Assembly: GCA_934631005.1 (NCBI GenBank) | Contig: CAKTXA010000008.1 | Span: 36,276 to 68,275 of the forward strand | DNA length: 32,000 bases | Reading direction: 5' to 3' | Source: an uncultured Oscillospiraceae bacterium | GTDB taxonomy: Bacteria > Bacillota > Clostridia > Oscillospirales > Oscillospiraceae | Shown: positions 7,648 to 16,749 of the stretch, one piece after another | How the letters are laid out: each line of letters begins with the position of its first letter | How positions within the stretch are numbered: the first letter of the stretch is position 1 | Made by a program: the position numbers and the translations under genes | Notes under the pieces: model-generated | What the model saw: the letters and a program-made list of their open reading frames with translations, nothing else | Database searches by the model: none | Told to the model about the DNA's origin: nothing

Positions 7648-9006
7648 TCAGCGCAGCTCCTGCGGGATGTAGTCGTGGGTCTTGAGGGCAGCGCGGTAGG
7701 CAGGGCGCATGATGCGGCCGCCGGTGGCGACCTCCTCCATACGGTGCGCGCACCAGCCCGCGATGCGGGCGATGGCAAACACGGGCGTGAACAGATCCTC
7801 CGGGATGTCCAGCATGTCATACACAAAGCCGGAGTAGAAGTCCACGTTCGCGCACATCGGGATGTTCAGATCCTTGCGCTTCGTGATCTTTTCAATGCCC
7901 ATCTGCTCGATGCGCTCCATCAGCTCCAGATCGGCCAGGCAGCCCTTTTCGCGGGCGAGGTCGGTGGCGTACTTCTGAATGACGATCGCGCGCGGGTCGG
8001 AGACGGTATACACCGCGTGGCCCAGGCCGTAAATTTTGCCCGAATGGTCGCCGACATCGCCGTCCAGGATGCGGTCGAGGTAGGCGCTCAGCGCCGCGTC
8101 GTCGGGCGTATGACCGATGTTGGCGCAGATGTCGCGGTACATCCGCATGACCTTGGCGTTCGCGCCGCCGTGCAGCGGGCCCTTCAAGGAGCCGACCGCC
8201 CCGGCGATGGCGCTGTAGGTGTCAGAGCCCGAGGACGAGATCGCGCGGCAGACGAAGGTAGAGTTGTTGCTGGAGTGCTCGGCGTGCAAGATCAGCATCA
8301 GGTCAAGCAGGTGCGCCTCCTCCGACGTGTAGCTCTGGTCAGGGCGCATCATGCGCAGCAGGTTCTCCGCCACCGAAAGCTCCGGCGACGGGTTGTGCAG
8401 CACCAGCGACTCGCCCATGAAATAGTGCCGCTTGGCGGCGTAGGCGTTCGCCGCAATGAGCGGGAAGCGGCTGACCAGCTCGATCGACTGCCGCAGGATG
8501 TTCGGCAGCGACGTGTCGTCCGCCTGATCGTCATAGGAATACAGCGCCAGCACACTGCGCGCCAGCTGGTTCATAATGTCGCGGCTGGGGGCCTTGAGGA
8601 TCATATCCTCGGTAAAGGCGGCGGGCATTTTGCGCGCCTCGGACAGGCCGCGGTTGAAGACGGCCTGCTGCTCCTTTGTGGGCAGCGACCCCAGCAGCAG
8701 CAGATACGCCACCTCTTCATAGCCGAAGGTGTTGTTTTTGCGGTGCGCCTCGGCGATGTCCTCCACGCTGATGCCGCGGTAGTAGAGCTTGCCGGGCGTA
8801 GGCACACGCTCGCCGTCCACCACATAATAGCCCTGCACACTGCCGACCTTGCTCACGCCGACCAGAACGCCCGTTCCGTCGTCATTTCGCAGGCCGCGCT
8901 TGATCATATGATCCTCATAATAGTGCGGGTCAATGGCGTATTCCGCGCGGATGGTCTGATTGAGCCGATCCACATCCAGTCCAAACAGCGTCTTTTTTTC
9001 TTCCAT
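7648..9006 (-). CDS. gltA: Citrate synthase
   Basis: Start at MEEKKTLFG with SD GGGAGGG 7 nt upstream. Conserved citrate synthase blocks are present (LILHAEHSSNNSTF, GPLHGGAN, GLGHAVY, NVDFYSG). 452 aa. The upstream extension to 9177 in the track crosses the promoter region. Confidence 0.9.
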   Translation of the reverse strand: MEEKKTLFGLDVDRLNQTIRAEYAIDPHYYEDHMIKRGLRNDDGTGVLVGVSKVGSVQGYYVVDGERVPTPGKLYYRGISVEDIAEAHRKNNTFGYEEVAYLLLLGSLPTKEQQAVFNRGLSEARKMPAAFTEDMILKAPSRDIMNQLARSVLALYSYDDQADDTSLPNILRQSIELVSRFPLIAANAYAAKRHYFMGESLVLHNPSPELSVAENLLRMMRPDQSYTSEEAHLLDLMLILHAEHSSNNSTFVCRAISSSGSDTYSAIAGAVGSLKGPLHGGANAKVMRMYRDICANIGHTPDDAALSAYLDRILDGDVGDHSGKIYGLGHAVYTVSDPRAIVIQKYATDLAREKGCLADLELMERIEQMGIEKITKRKDLNIPMCANVDFYSGFVYDMLDIPEDLFTPVFAIARIAGWCAHRMEEVATGGRIMRPAYRAALKTHDYIPQELR

Positions 9007-9036
9007 CGCCGTACCCTCCCGGTCTCCGTTTTTCAC

Positions 9037-9065
9037 ATTGTAAAGCATCTTTCCCGAAAATGCAA
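9037..9065 (-). promoter_or_regulatory. Candidate sigma-A promoter of citrate synthase
   Basis: Minus strand: TTGCAT - 17 nt (tttcgggaaagatgctt) - TACAAT, about 30 nt upstream of the SD. Confidence 0.55.
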
Positions 9066-9177
9066 GTGGTATTTTGAAAAAATTCATAATCGGGCTATTT
9101 TTTTCGCATTCATGCAATGATTCCTTCAAAAATGAATTTGGTGACTTTTTAGCCTGCAATTTTAGTGCACTTTTCAC

Positions 9178-9206
9178 TTGCGAAACAGCATGAAAGCTGT
9201 TATACT
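9178..9206 (+). promoter_or_regulatory. Candidate sigma-A promoter of the aconitase-icd operon
   Basis: TTGCGA - 17 nt - TATACT with TGt (extended -10), 40 nt upstream of the ATG at 9246. Confidence 0.55.
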
Positions 9207-9245
9207 GTGTTCAAACAAATTAGAAAGCAAAGAAGGCGAACATTT

Positions 9246-11480
9246 ATGCAGCTTTGGAACGAACCGACCATCCTGAAAGACGGGAAGCCACGGTGCGCAG
9301 CAGGCGGCCAGCGGAGCGGCACGATCGCGTGGCAGATCCTGCACGCGCACTCGTCCGGCGACGAGACGCATCTGCGCATCCGCTTCGACTCGCTCATCTC
9401 GCACGACATCACCTACGTCGGCATCATCCAGACGGCGCGCGCAAGCGGCCTGACCCGCTTCCCCGTCCCCTACGTGCTGACGAACTGCCACAACAGCCTC
9501 TGCGCTGTGGGCGGCACCATCAATGAGGACGACCATGTATTCGGCCTGTCCGCCGCCAGAAAATACGGCGGTATCTACGTCCCCGCCAATCAGGCGGTCA
9601 TCCACCAGTACGCGCGGGAGATGATGACCGGCTGCGGCCGGATGATCCTCGGCTCCGACAGCCACACGCGCTATGGCGCGCTGGGCACGATGGGCGTGGG
9701 CGAGGGCGGCCCCGAGATCGTGAAGCAGCTTCTCGAGAACACCTACGACATCGCCATGCCGCCGGTCGTGCTGGTCTACCTCACCGGCAAGCCCTGTCAG
9801 GGCGTCGGCCCGCACGATGTGGCCATCGCGCTGTGCGGCGCGGTGTACGACAGCGGCTTTGTGAAAAACAAGGTGCTGGAATTCGCCGGTCCGGGCGTGG
9901 CGTCTTTGCCGATGGATTTCCGCATCGGCATCGACGTGATGACCACGGAGACGGCGTGCCTGTCCTCCATCTGGCAGACGGACGGCAAGGTCGAGGAATA
10001 TCTTGCCCAGCATGGCCGGGCGGATGCCTACCGGCAGCTCGCCCCCGCCGAGGGCGCGCAGTATGACGCCGCGATCCTCATTGACCTGTCTGAGATCGAG
10101 CCGATGGCGGCGCTGCCGTTCCACCCCTCGCGGGCGTTCACCATCCGCCAGCTGCAGGAAAACGGCGCCGACATCCTGCGCCAGACCGAGCAGCTCGCGC
10201 AGCAGCAGTTCGGCGGCAAGGTGTCGCTGCACCTGACCGACAAGTTAGTTAGCGGCAGGCTGCACATCGACCAGGGCGTCATCGCGGGCTGCTCCGGCGG
10301 TATGTACGATAACATCGCCGAGGCCGCCGCCATTCTGGACGGGCACGACATCGGCTGTGGGTATTTCTCGCTCTCGGTCTATCCGCCGTCCATCCCGGTG
10401 AACCTCGAGCTCATCGAAAGCGGTGTGCAGCAGCGGCTTTTGGAGGCGGGCGCGCTGTTTAAGCCCTGCTTCTGCGGGCCGTGCTTCGGCGCGGGCGATG
10501 TCCCGGCCAACGACGCGCTCTCCATCCGCCACACCACGCGCAACTTCCCCAACCGTGAGGGCTCCAAGCCCGCAAGCGGCCAGCTCGCGGCCGTGATGCT
10601 CATGGACGCGCGCTCCATCGCGGCCACCGCCCGCAATCACGGCGTGCTCACCGCCGCCACCGACATTGACTACACCGCCCCCGCGCCGCACACGGCGCGC
10701 TTTGACGCGGGCGTGTATGAAAAGCGCTGCTACTTCGGCTTCGGAAAGCCCGACGAGAGCGCGGAGCTGAAATTCGGCCCGAATATCACCGAGTGGCCGA
10801 AGATCCCGAAGCTGACGGACGACCTGCTCTTAAAGCTGGCGTGCGTCATCCACGACCCCGTCACTACGACCGACGAGCTCATCCCGTCGGGCGAGACGTC
10901 ATCCTACCGCTCGAACCCGCTGAAGCTGGCTACGTTCGCCCTCTCGCGGCGCGAGCCGCAGTATGTAGCGCGCGCCCAGCAGACGCAGGCACTCGAGGCC
11001 TCCCGTCAGGCGGGCGCGCCCGACGCGGAGCTGCTGGATGTGCTGCAGAAGCTCGGCAAGGACAAATCCGCGCTCGACACGCTCTCGGTCGGCTCGGTCA
11101 TCTTTGCCAACAAGCCCGGCGACGGCTCGGCGCGCGAGCAGGCGGCGTCCTGCCAGCGCGTGCTCGGCGGCGCGGCGAATATCTGCTATGAATTTGCCAC
11201 CAAGCGCTACCGCTCCAACTGCATCAACTGGGGCATGATGCCCTTCACCATCGACGAGGGCGTCGCGTTCGATTATGACGCGGGCGACTATGTCTACGTC
11301 CCCGGCATCCGCGAAGCCATCGCGTCCGGCGCGCGGGATGTGGCCGCGCAGATCGTCACGAAGGCCGGCTGCACGCCCATCACGCTGCACCTGCCGGAGC
11401 TGACGAGCGAGGAGCGGCAGATCCTGCTGGAAGGCTGCCTGATGAACTATTACGCCGCCCAGCGCGCGCAGAAAGGGTAA
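9246..11480 (+). CDS. acnA: Aconitate hydratase
   Basis: Start MQLWNEPTIL. Aconitase blocks are present (ILGSDSHTRYGALG, CSGGMYDN, FCGPCFGAGD) plus a swivel domain (PGDGSAREQAA). 744 aa. Confidence 0.9.
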   Translation: MQLWNEPTILKDGKPRCAAGGQRSGTIAWQILHAHSSGDETHLRIRFDSLISHDITYVGIIQTARASGLTRFPVPYVLTNCHNSLCAVGGTINEDDHVFGLSAARKYGGIYVPANQAVIHQYAREMMTGCGRMILGSDSHTRYGALGTMGVGEGGPEIVKQLLENTYDIAMPPVVLVYLTGKPCQGVGPHDVAIALCGAVYDSGFVKNKVLEFAGPGVASLPMDFRIGIDVMTTETACLSSIWQTDGKVEEYLAQHGRADAYRQLAPAEGAQYDAAILIDLSEIEPMAALPFHPSRAFTIRQLQENGADILRQTEQLAQQQFGGKVSLHLTDKLVSGRLHIDQGVIAGCSGGMYDNIAEAAAILDGHDIGCGYFSLSVYPPSIPVNLELIESGVQQRLLEAGALFKPCFCGPCFGAGDVPANDALSIRHTTRNFPNREGSKPASGQLAAVMLMDARSIAATARNHGVLTAATDIDYTAPAPHTARFDAGVYEKRCYFGFGKPDESAELKFGPNITEWPKIPKLTDDLLLKLACVIHDPVTTTDELIPSGETSSYRSNPLKLATFALSRREPQYVARAQQTQALEASRQAGAPDAELLDVLQKLGKDKSALDTLSVGSVIFANKPGDGSAREQAASCQRVLGGAANICYEFATKRYRSNCINWGMMPFTIDEGVAFDYDAGDYVYVPGIREAIASGARDVAAQIVTKAGCTPITLHLPELTSEERQILLEGCLMNYYAAQRAQKG

Positions 11481-11485
11481 AACAC

Positions 11486-12682
11486 ATGGAAAAGATCAAA
11501 ATGAACCCCATCGTGGAGATGGACGGCGATGAAATGACCCGCATCCTCTGGAAGGAGATCAAGGACCGGCTGCTCACCCCGTTTGTGGAGCTGAACACCG
11601 AGTATTATGACCTCGGCCTTCCCCACCGCGACGAGACAGGCGATCAGGTGACCATCGACGCAGGCAACGCCATCCGCCGGCTGCACGTGGGCGTCAAGTG
11701 CGCCACCATCACGCCGAACGCGCAGCGGATGGAGGAGTATCACCTCCACGAGATGTGGAAGAGCCCCAACGGCACCATCCGCGCCATTCTGGACGGCACG
11801 GTGTTCCGCGCGCCCATCCTCACGGGCATGATCCCGGCGTATGTCTCCGGCTGGAAAAAGCCCATCACCATCGCCCGTCATGCCTACGGCGACCTGTATA
11901 AGGGCACAGAGTACCGCGTGCCCGGCCCCGGCACGGCCACGCTCAGCTTCCGCGGCACGGACGGCACGGAGTTCTCCAAGACCATCTACGATTTCGAGTG
12001 CCCGGGCGTTCTGCAGGGGCTTTACAACAAGGACTCGTCCATCGAATCGTTCGCCCGCAGCTGCTTTACCTACGCGCTGACCACAAAGCAGGATCTCTGG
12101 TTCTCCGCCAAGGACACCATCTCCAAGCAGTATGACCAGACGTTCAAGCTCATCTTCCAGCGCATTTTTGACGCGGAGTATAAGGTGCAGTTTGAGCAGG
12201 CCGGGATCACGTACTTCTACACGCTCATTGACGACGCCGTGGCGCGCGTTATGCGCTCGGAGGGCGGCTTTATCTGGGCGTGCAAGAACTACGACGGCGA
12301 CGTGATGAGCGATATGATCTCCGCCGCATTTGGCAGCCTTGCCATGATGACGAGCGTGCTCGTCTCCCCGGACGGGAATTACGAGTACGAAGCGGCGCAC
12401 GGCACCATCACGCGCCACTACTACCGCTTCCTCAAGGGCGAGCAGACCTCGTCGAACCCTGTGGCGACCATCTTCGCCTGGACGGGCGCGCTGAGAAAGC
12501 GCGGCGAGCTGGACGGCAACGCACCGCTCATGCGCTTTGCCGACAAGCTGGAGGGCGCGTGCCTGGATACCATCAAGGCCGGTACGATGACCGGCGACCT
12601 CGCAGGCCTGTGCGGCCGCACAGGCGTAACGTCCGTCGCCTTCCTCAACGCCGTCCGCGCCACGCTGGAAAAATCGCTGTGA
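11486..12682 (+). CDS. icd: NADP-dependent isocitrate dehydrogenase (about 400-aa eukaryote-like homodimeric type)
   Basis: Contains IVEMDGDEMTRILW, CATITPN, NYDGDVMSD and HGTITRHY. Starts 5 nt after the aconitase stop. Confidence 0.9.
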   Translation: MEKIKMNPIVEMDGDEMTRILWKEIKDRLLTPFVELNTEYYDLGLPHRDETGDQVTIDAGNAIRRLHVGVKCATITPNAQRMEEYHLHEMWKSPNGTIRAILDGTVFRAPILTGMIPAYVSGWKKPITIARHAYGDLYKGTEYRVPGPGTATLSFRGTDGTEFSKTIYDFECPGVLQGLYNKDSSIESFARSCFTYALTTKQDLWFSAKDTISKQYDQTFKLIFQRIFDAEYKVQFEQAGITYFYTLIDDAVARVMRSEGGFIWACKNYDGDVMSDMISAAFGSLAMMTSVLVSPDGNYEYEAAHGTITRHYYRFLKGEQTSSNPVATIFAWTGALRKRGELDGNAPLMRFADKLEGACLDTIKAGTMTGDLAGLCGRTGVTSVAFLNAVRATLEKSL

Positions 12683-12695
12683 CACTAAAGATCAT

Positions 12696-12738
12696 AAAAA
12701 CGCCCTGCCGGTCGAAGCAGACCGGCAGGGCGCGTTTT
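12696..12738. terminator. Bidirectional intrinsic terminator (icd / GT28 operon)
   Basis: 12-bp stem cgccctgccggt / accggcagggcg, with AAAAA on the left and TTTT on the right. Lies between convergent stops at 12682 and 12737. Confidence 0.8.
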
Positions 12739-13855
12739 ATGTCGTTTTATGGTCGCGGAGCCAGACGTACACCGTGTCGGCAGGTGCGCCCGCGATGGTC
12801 TGCATCGCGCGGCGCATTTCCGCAAGGCGTGCGTCGTCGTGCGCGAGCGCCAGCGCGGCGTTCGCGATCGCGTCGGGCGTGTCGGCCGTCACGGCCATCC
12901 CGGCGCGCAGAAAAAAGTCGAGATTGTGCTCCTCGCAGCCCGCAACGGCGTCGATCAGCACCATCGGCAGCCGCGAAGCGACAGCCTCGCTCGTGCTCAG
13001 CCCGCCGGGCTTGGTGAGAAACACATCTGCGCTGTGCATCAGCAGCGGCACATCATCGACCTGACCCAGAATGCGCACATTCTCCGCGCCCGCCGTCTGC
13101 TTCCGGAGCCTTTTCAGCAGCGACTCGTTTTTGCTGCACGCAACGCTCAAGACCTCGTCCGGCGTCATCCGCGCGGCGAGCAGCTGCGTCAGCTCCTCCA
13201 TCGGGCCGCAGCCCATGCTGCCGCACATCATCACCAGGTGCCGCTGCTCCGGCGCAAGGCCGAACGCCTGCTTGGCCTGCGCCTTTTCCGGGCGCGCATA
13301 GAATTCGCGCCGCACCGGCATCCCGCTCGCGACCAGCTTTTCCCGGGGAATGCCGCAGCGCACGAACTCCTCCGCCAGCGCGGCGGAGGGCATAAAGTAC
13401 CAGTCCAGCTGAGAGTCTGCCGTGCACGGCGAACACGTGTAGTCCGTGGACACATGGCTCGTGGTGACCCGCAGTTCCGGAAAACGCCGCCGCAGCTCCG
13501 TCAGCGCCAGCGCCGGGAATACGTGCGTGCAGATGACGTTGTCGTATCCGCCGGAGGCGATGCACTCGTACATTTTCCGCACGCCGGAGGTGATGTAGCG
13601 GTAGACAGCTGTCCCTTCGCGGAACAGGTCGTCGCGCTGCTCTGCCCGTTCATACCCCGCGCCGAACAGCCGCGGCGCGTGCAGATAGATGCGCGTGTGC
13701 CAGTTGGAGATGAACTGCGACGCACGCTCGGAGATGAACGACAGCGCGTCCACGATGTCGCACACCTCGCCGCGGGCGCGGTACGCCTCCTGAATGGCGC
13801 GGGCACAGGAGTTGTGCCCCGCGCCGGTGTTGCAGCTCAAGATCAAAGTTCGCAT
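12737..13855 (-). CDS. GT28-family diacylglycerol glycosyltransferase (MGDG synthase / UgtP-like)
   Basis: Start MRTLILSCNTGAGHNSCARAI (N-terminal G-x-G-H motif of MGDG-synthase-like enzymes), with SD GGGAG 7 nt upstream. C-terminal GT28 fold (TKPGGLSTSEA). 372 aa. Confidence 0.8.
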   Translation of the reverse strand: MRTLILSCNTGAGHNSCARAIQEAYRARGEVCDIVDALSFISERASQFISNWHTRIYLHAPRLFGAGYERAEQRDDLFREGTAVYRYITSGVRKMYECIASGGYDNVICTHVFPALALTELRRRFPELRVTTSHVSTDYTCSPCTADSQLDWYFMPSAALAEEFVRCGIPREKLVASGMPVRREFYARPEKAQAKQAFGLAPEQRHLVMMCGSMGCGPMEELTQLLAARMTPDEVLSVACSKNESLLKRLRKQTAGAENVRILGQVDDVPLLMHSADVFLTKPGGLSTSEAVASRLPMVLIDAVAGCEEHNLDFFLRAGMAVTADTPDAIANAALALAHDDARLAEMRRAMQTIAGAPADTVYVWLRDHKTT

Positions 13856-13856
13856 A

Positions 13857-14336
13857 TCAAGTCTCCCTGTTCCGCGCGCGCTGCCGCGCAAAAAGCCTTT
13901 GCAGCCGCGGGCGGTTATAGCGCTGCACGATGATAAACGGCAGATTGCCCAGCAGAATATACACCGCCGCCGCGATCACGCCGCCCGCGCCGCGCCAGAG
14001 AAGCGGCATCACAAGCCCGCACAGCGACAGCGCCGTGTGCGTCAGCTCCGCCACGCACGTCTCCGTGATCATGCGCGGCAGGTCGGCGGAAGTCTGCTTT
14101 GTCAGGCGCTTGGCGGGCATGAGCCTTGTAAACACACGGCTCATATCCGGCACGCGCGCCTGCCAATGGCGCACGCGCAGCGCGCGCCACACGGCGTCCT
14201 CCCAGGCGTATGCGCGCCACGGGAAGCGCTCCGGGTGATACGTGCACCGCGCCAGCAGCCGCCCGAGAAAAAACGACACGATCCCCAGCGCGGCGGCATA
14301 GGCCGCGCAGCGGAGCAGTCCGATTCCTCCCGTCAC
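13857..14336 (-). CDS. CrtO-like acyltransferase (glycosyl-4,4'-diaponeurosporenoate acyltransferase family)
   Basis: Motifs ETCVAELTH and IIVQRYNRPRL. The start is uncertain: I chose the GTG at 14336, 4 nt after the upstream stop. The track ORF start at 14453 would overlap the DUF308 gene. The stop is 1 nt before the GT28 ATG. Confidence 0.6.
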   Translation of the reverse strand: MTGGIGLLRCAAYAAALGIVSFFLGRLLARCTYHPERFPWRAYAWEDAVWRALRVRHWQARVPDMSRVFTRLMPAKRLTKQTSADLPRMITETCVAELTHTALSLCGLVMPLLWRGAGGVIAAAVYILLGNLPFIIVQRYNRPRLQRLFARQRARNRET

Positions 14337-14340
14337 GGTC

Positions 14341-14883
14341 TCACTCGCGCGAGCCGACGCGGCTGAAGGCCAGCAGCACGCAGTCCGCGCCCAGCAGCAC
14401 CAGATAGAACCCCACGATATACTGCATCGACAGCAGCGACACCCACGGGTCAAACAGCATCAGCCCGCCGAGGATGAGGCCCAGAATGTTCAGCACGAGC
14501 GTGAAATAGTACGACACGCTGCCCGCGAAGAAGCGCACGGCGTTCAGCCCCGCCAGACGCGAGATGCAGTGCGCGATGAACCACAGCGGAAACAGCAGGC
14601 TCAGCACCCACTTGCCTGCGTTGGGGTACACCAGCAGCATCACGCCCGCCATCACGCTCAGCGCGCCCGAGATGAGCGACACGACCGGCCCGAAGCCGTG
14701 GTACCGCTCCACACGGATATACAGCAGAATGTCCGCAATGCCCATCACCACGGCGATGACGCCGTAGGCGACCACAAAGCCCGTCAGCGCGCGGTCCGGC
14801 CGCGCGAACGTATAGCACCCCAGGGCGATCAGCAGAACGCCCTCGATCAGCTCCAGCCAGCCAAGCCCGGAACGTCTTTTCAT
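14341..14883 (-). CDS. HdeD/DUF308-family membrane protein (paralog 2)
   Basis: Six hydrophobic segments with repeated G-x3-I/L-x2-G patterns. The ATG overlaps the ftsH stop (ATGA). Confidence 0.7.
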   Translation of the reverse strand: MKRRSGLGWLELIEGVLLIALGCYTFARPDRALTGFVVAYGVIAVVMGIADILLYIRVERYHGFGPVVSLISGALSVMAGVMLLVYPNAGKWVLSLLFPLWFIAHCISRLAGLNAVRFFAGSVSYYFTLVLNILGLILGGLMLFDPWVSLLSMQYIVGFYLVLLGADCVLLAFSRVGSRE

Positions 14884-16715
14884 TGCTCAGCGCCTCCCTG
14901 CTCCAGAATCTTCATAAACTCCTCGCCGGTGATCGTCTCTTTTTCGTAGAGGTATTTTGCCAACTCGTCGAGCTTGGCCCGGTTGTCCTGCAAGATCCTT
15001 CTTGCCTTTTCGTGCTGCGCCTTTACCAGCTCCACGACCTTTTCGTCGATGCGGTTCTGCGTATCGGCCGAGCACGCCAGCGACGTGTCGCCGCCGAGGT
15101 ACTGGTTCGTGACCGTCTCCATGGCGACCATGTCGAATTCCTCGCTCATGCCGTAGCGCGTGATCATGGCCCGCGCCAGCTTGGTCGCCTGCTCGATGTC
15201 GTTGGACGCGCCGGTCGTGATCTCGCCGAACACGACCTCCTCCGCCGCGCGGCCGCCGGTGAAGGTGGCGATCTTGTTTTCGATCTCCTGCTTCGTCATC
15301 AGGTACTTATCGCCGGTGTCCACCTGCATGGTGTAGCCCAGCGCGCCGGACGTGCGCGGGATGATGGTGATCTTCTGCACCGGCGCGGAATGCGTCTGCA
15401 TGGCGGCGACCAGCGCGTGGCCGATCTCGTGATAGGCCACGACCCACTTTTCCTGATCGGACAGCACGGCGCTCTTTTTCTGATAGCCCGCGATGACGAC
15501 CTCGATGCTCTCCTCCAGGTCCGCCTCGGTGACGATCACGCGGCCGCTGCGCACGGCGCGCAGCGCGGCTTCGTTGATGATGTTGGCCAGCTCCGCGCCC
15601 GACGCGCCGGCCGCCATCCGCGCGATGGTGTGGAAGTCCACATCGTCGGCGGTCTTGATCTTCTTGGCGTGCACTTTCAAAATGGCCTCACGGCCCGCGA
15701 GATCGGGCAGCTCCACCGGCACGCGCCTGTCAAAGCGGCCGGGGCGCGTGAGCGCCGGGTCAAGCGACTCCGGCCGGTTCGTGGCGGCAAGGATGATAAC
15801 GCCGTTGTTGCCCTCAAAGCCGTCCATTTCCGTCAGCAGCTGGTTGAGCGTCTGCTCGCGCTCGTCGTTGCCGCCCATGTTGGCGCCGCCGCTGCGCTTC
15901 TGGCCGATGGCGTCGATCTCGTCGATAAAGACGATGCAGGGTGCCTTTTCCTTGGCCTGCGCAAAGAGATCGCGCACCTTGCTCGCGCCCATGCCCACGA
16001 ACATCTCCACGAACTCCGAGCCGGAGATGGAGAAGAACGGCACGTTCGACTCGCCCGCGACCGCCTTGGCCAGCATCGTCTTGCCCGTTCCCGGAGGGCC
16101 GACGAGCAGAATGCCCTTCGGCATGGACGCGCCGGCCTCGGTGTATTTATCGGGGTTGTGCAGATAGTCCACGATCTCCTGCAGGCTGTCCTTCGCCTCG
16201 TCCTCACCGGCCACATCCGAGAAGTGGATGCCCTGCGTGGACTGGACATAGACCTTGGCGCCGGACTTGCCCGCGCCGCCGAACATCATGGAGTTCTTGC
16301 CGCCCGCGCTCTCCACGAGCTTTTTGCTCAGATACTGCCCGATGCCAAAGAAGATCAGCAGCGGCACGATCGTGCTGAGCAGGAAGCTCAAAACCGGCGA
16401 CGTCGTCTGCTGCACCTGCTTGGTAAACGTGGCCCCGGCGTCATACAGCCGCTGCGTCAGCGTGGGATCATCCATCGCGCCGGTGGTGTAGATCTGCTGC
16501 TTGTCTTTATCGGTAAAGACGATCTCGTCGTCCTCGACCTCGACCTCGCCGATGTTTTTCTCGTCAATCATGCGCATGAAGGTGCCGTAATCGACCTCCT
16601 CCACCTGATTTTTCATCAGCAGCGGCGAGACGAACACATTGAACAGCAGCACGATCAGCAGGATGATGCCGTAGTAGTACAGCAGCGGTTTCTTCGGAGA
16701 TTTTACTTCTTTCAC
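14880..16715 (-). CDS. ftsH: ATP-dependent zinc metalloprotease FtsH
   Basis: GTG start with SD GAGGGGG 7 nt upstream. Two N-terminal TM helices, Walker A GPPGTGKT, Walker [12 protein letters not shown] region and the HEIGHA zinc site. Confidence 0.95.
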   Translation of the reverse strand: MKEVKSPKKPLLYYYGIILLIVLLFNVFVSPLLMKNQVEEVDYGTFMRMIDEKNIGEVEVEDDEIVFTDKDKQQIYTTGAMDDPTLTQRLYDAGATFTKQVQQTTSPVLSFLLSTIVPLLIFFGIGQYLSKKLVESAGGKNSMMFGGAGKSGAKVYVQSTQGIHFSDVAGEDEAKDSLQEIVDYLHNPDKYTEAGASMPKGILLVGPPGTGKTMLAKAVAGESNVPFFSISGSEFVEMFVGMGASKVRDLFAQAKEKAPCIVFIDEIDAIGQKRSGGANMGGNDEREQTLNQLLTEMDGFEGNNGVIILAATNRPESLDPALTRPGRFDRRVPVELPDLAGREAILKVHAKKIKTADDVDFHTIARMAAGASGAELANIINEAALRAVRSGRVIVTEADLEESIEVVIAGYQKKSAVLSDQEKWVVAYHEIGHALVAAMQTHSAPVQKITIIPRTSGALGYTMQVDTGDKYLMTKQEIENKIATFTGGRAAEEVVFGEITTGASNDIEQATKLARAMITRYGMSEEFDMVAMETVTNQYLGGDTSLACSADTQNRIDEKVVELVKAQHEKARRILQDNRAKLDELAKYLYEKETITGEEFMKILEQGGAEQ

Positions 16716-16749
16716 AAAAATACCCCCTCTATTTTGGAGAATATGCCCA

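Noticed and set aside
9086-9099. CcpC-type box (ATAA-N7-TTAT) in the citrate synthase / aconitase control region
   Set aside because: The sequence is ATAAT-CGGGC-TATT. Both the spacing and the second half-site deviate from the consensus, and there is only a single copy.
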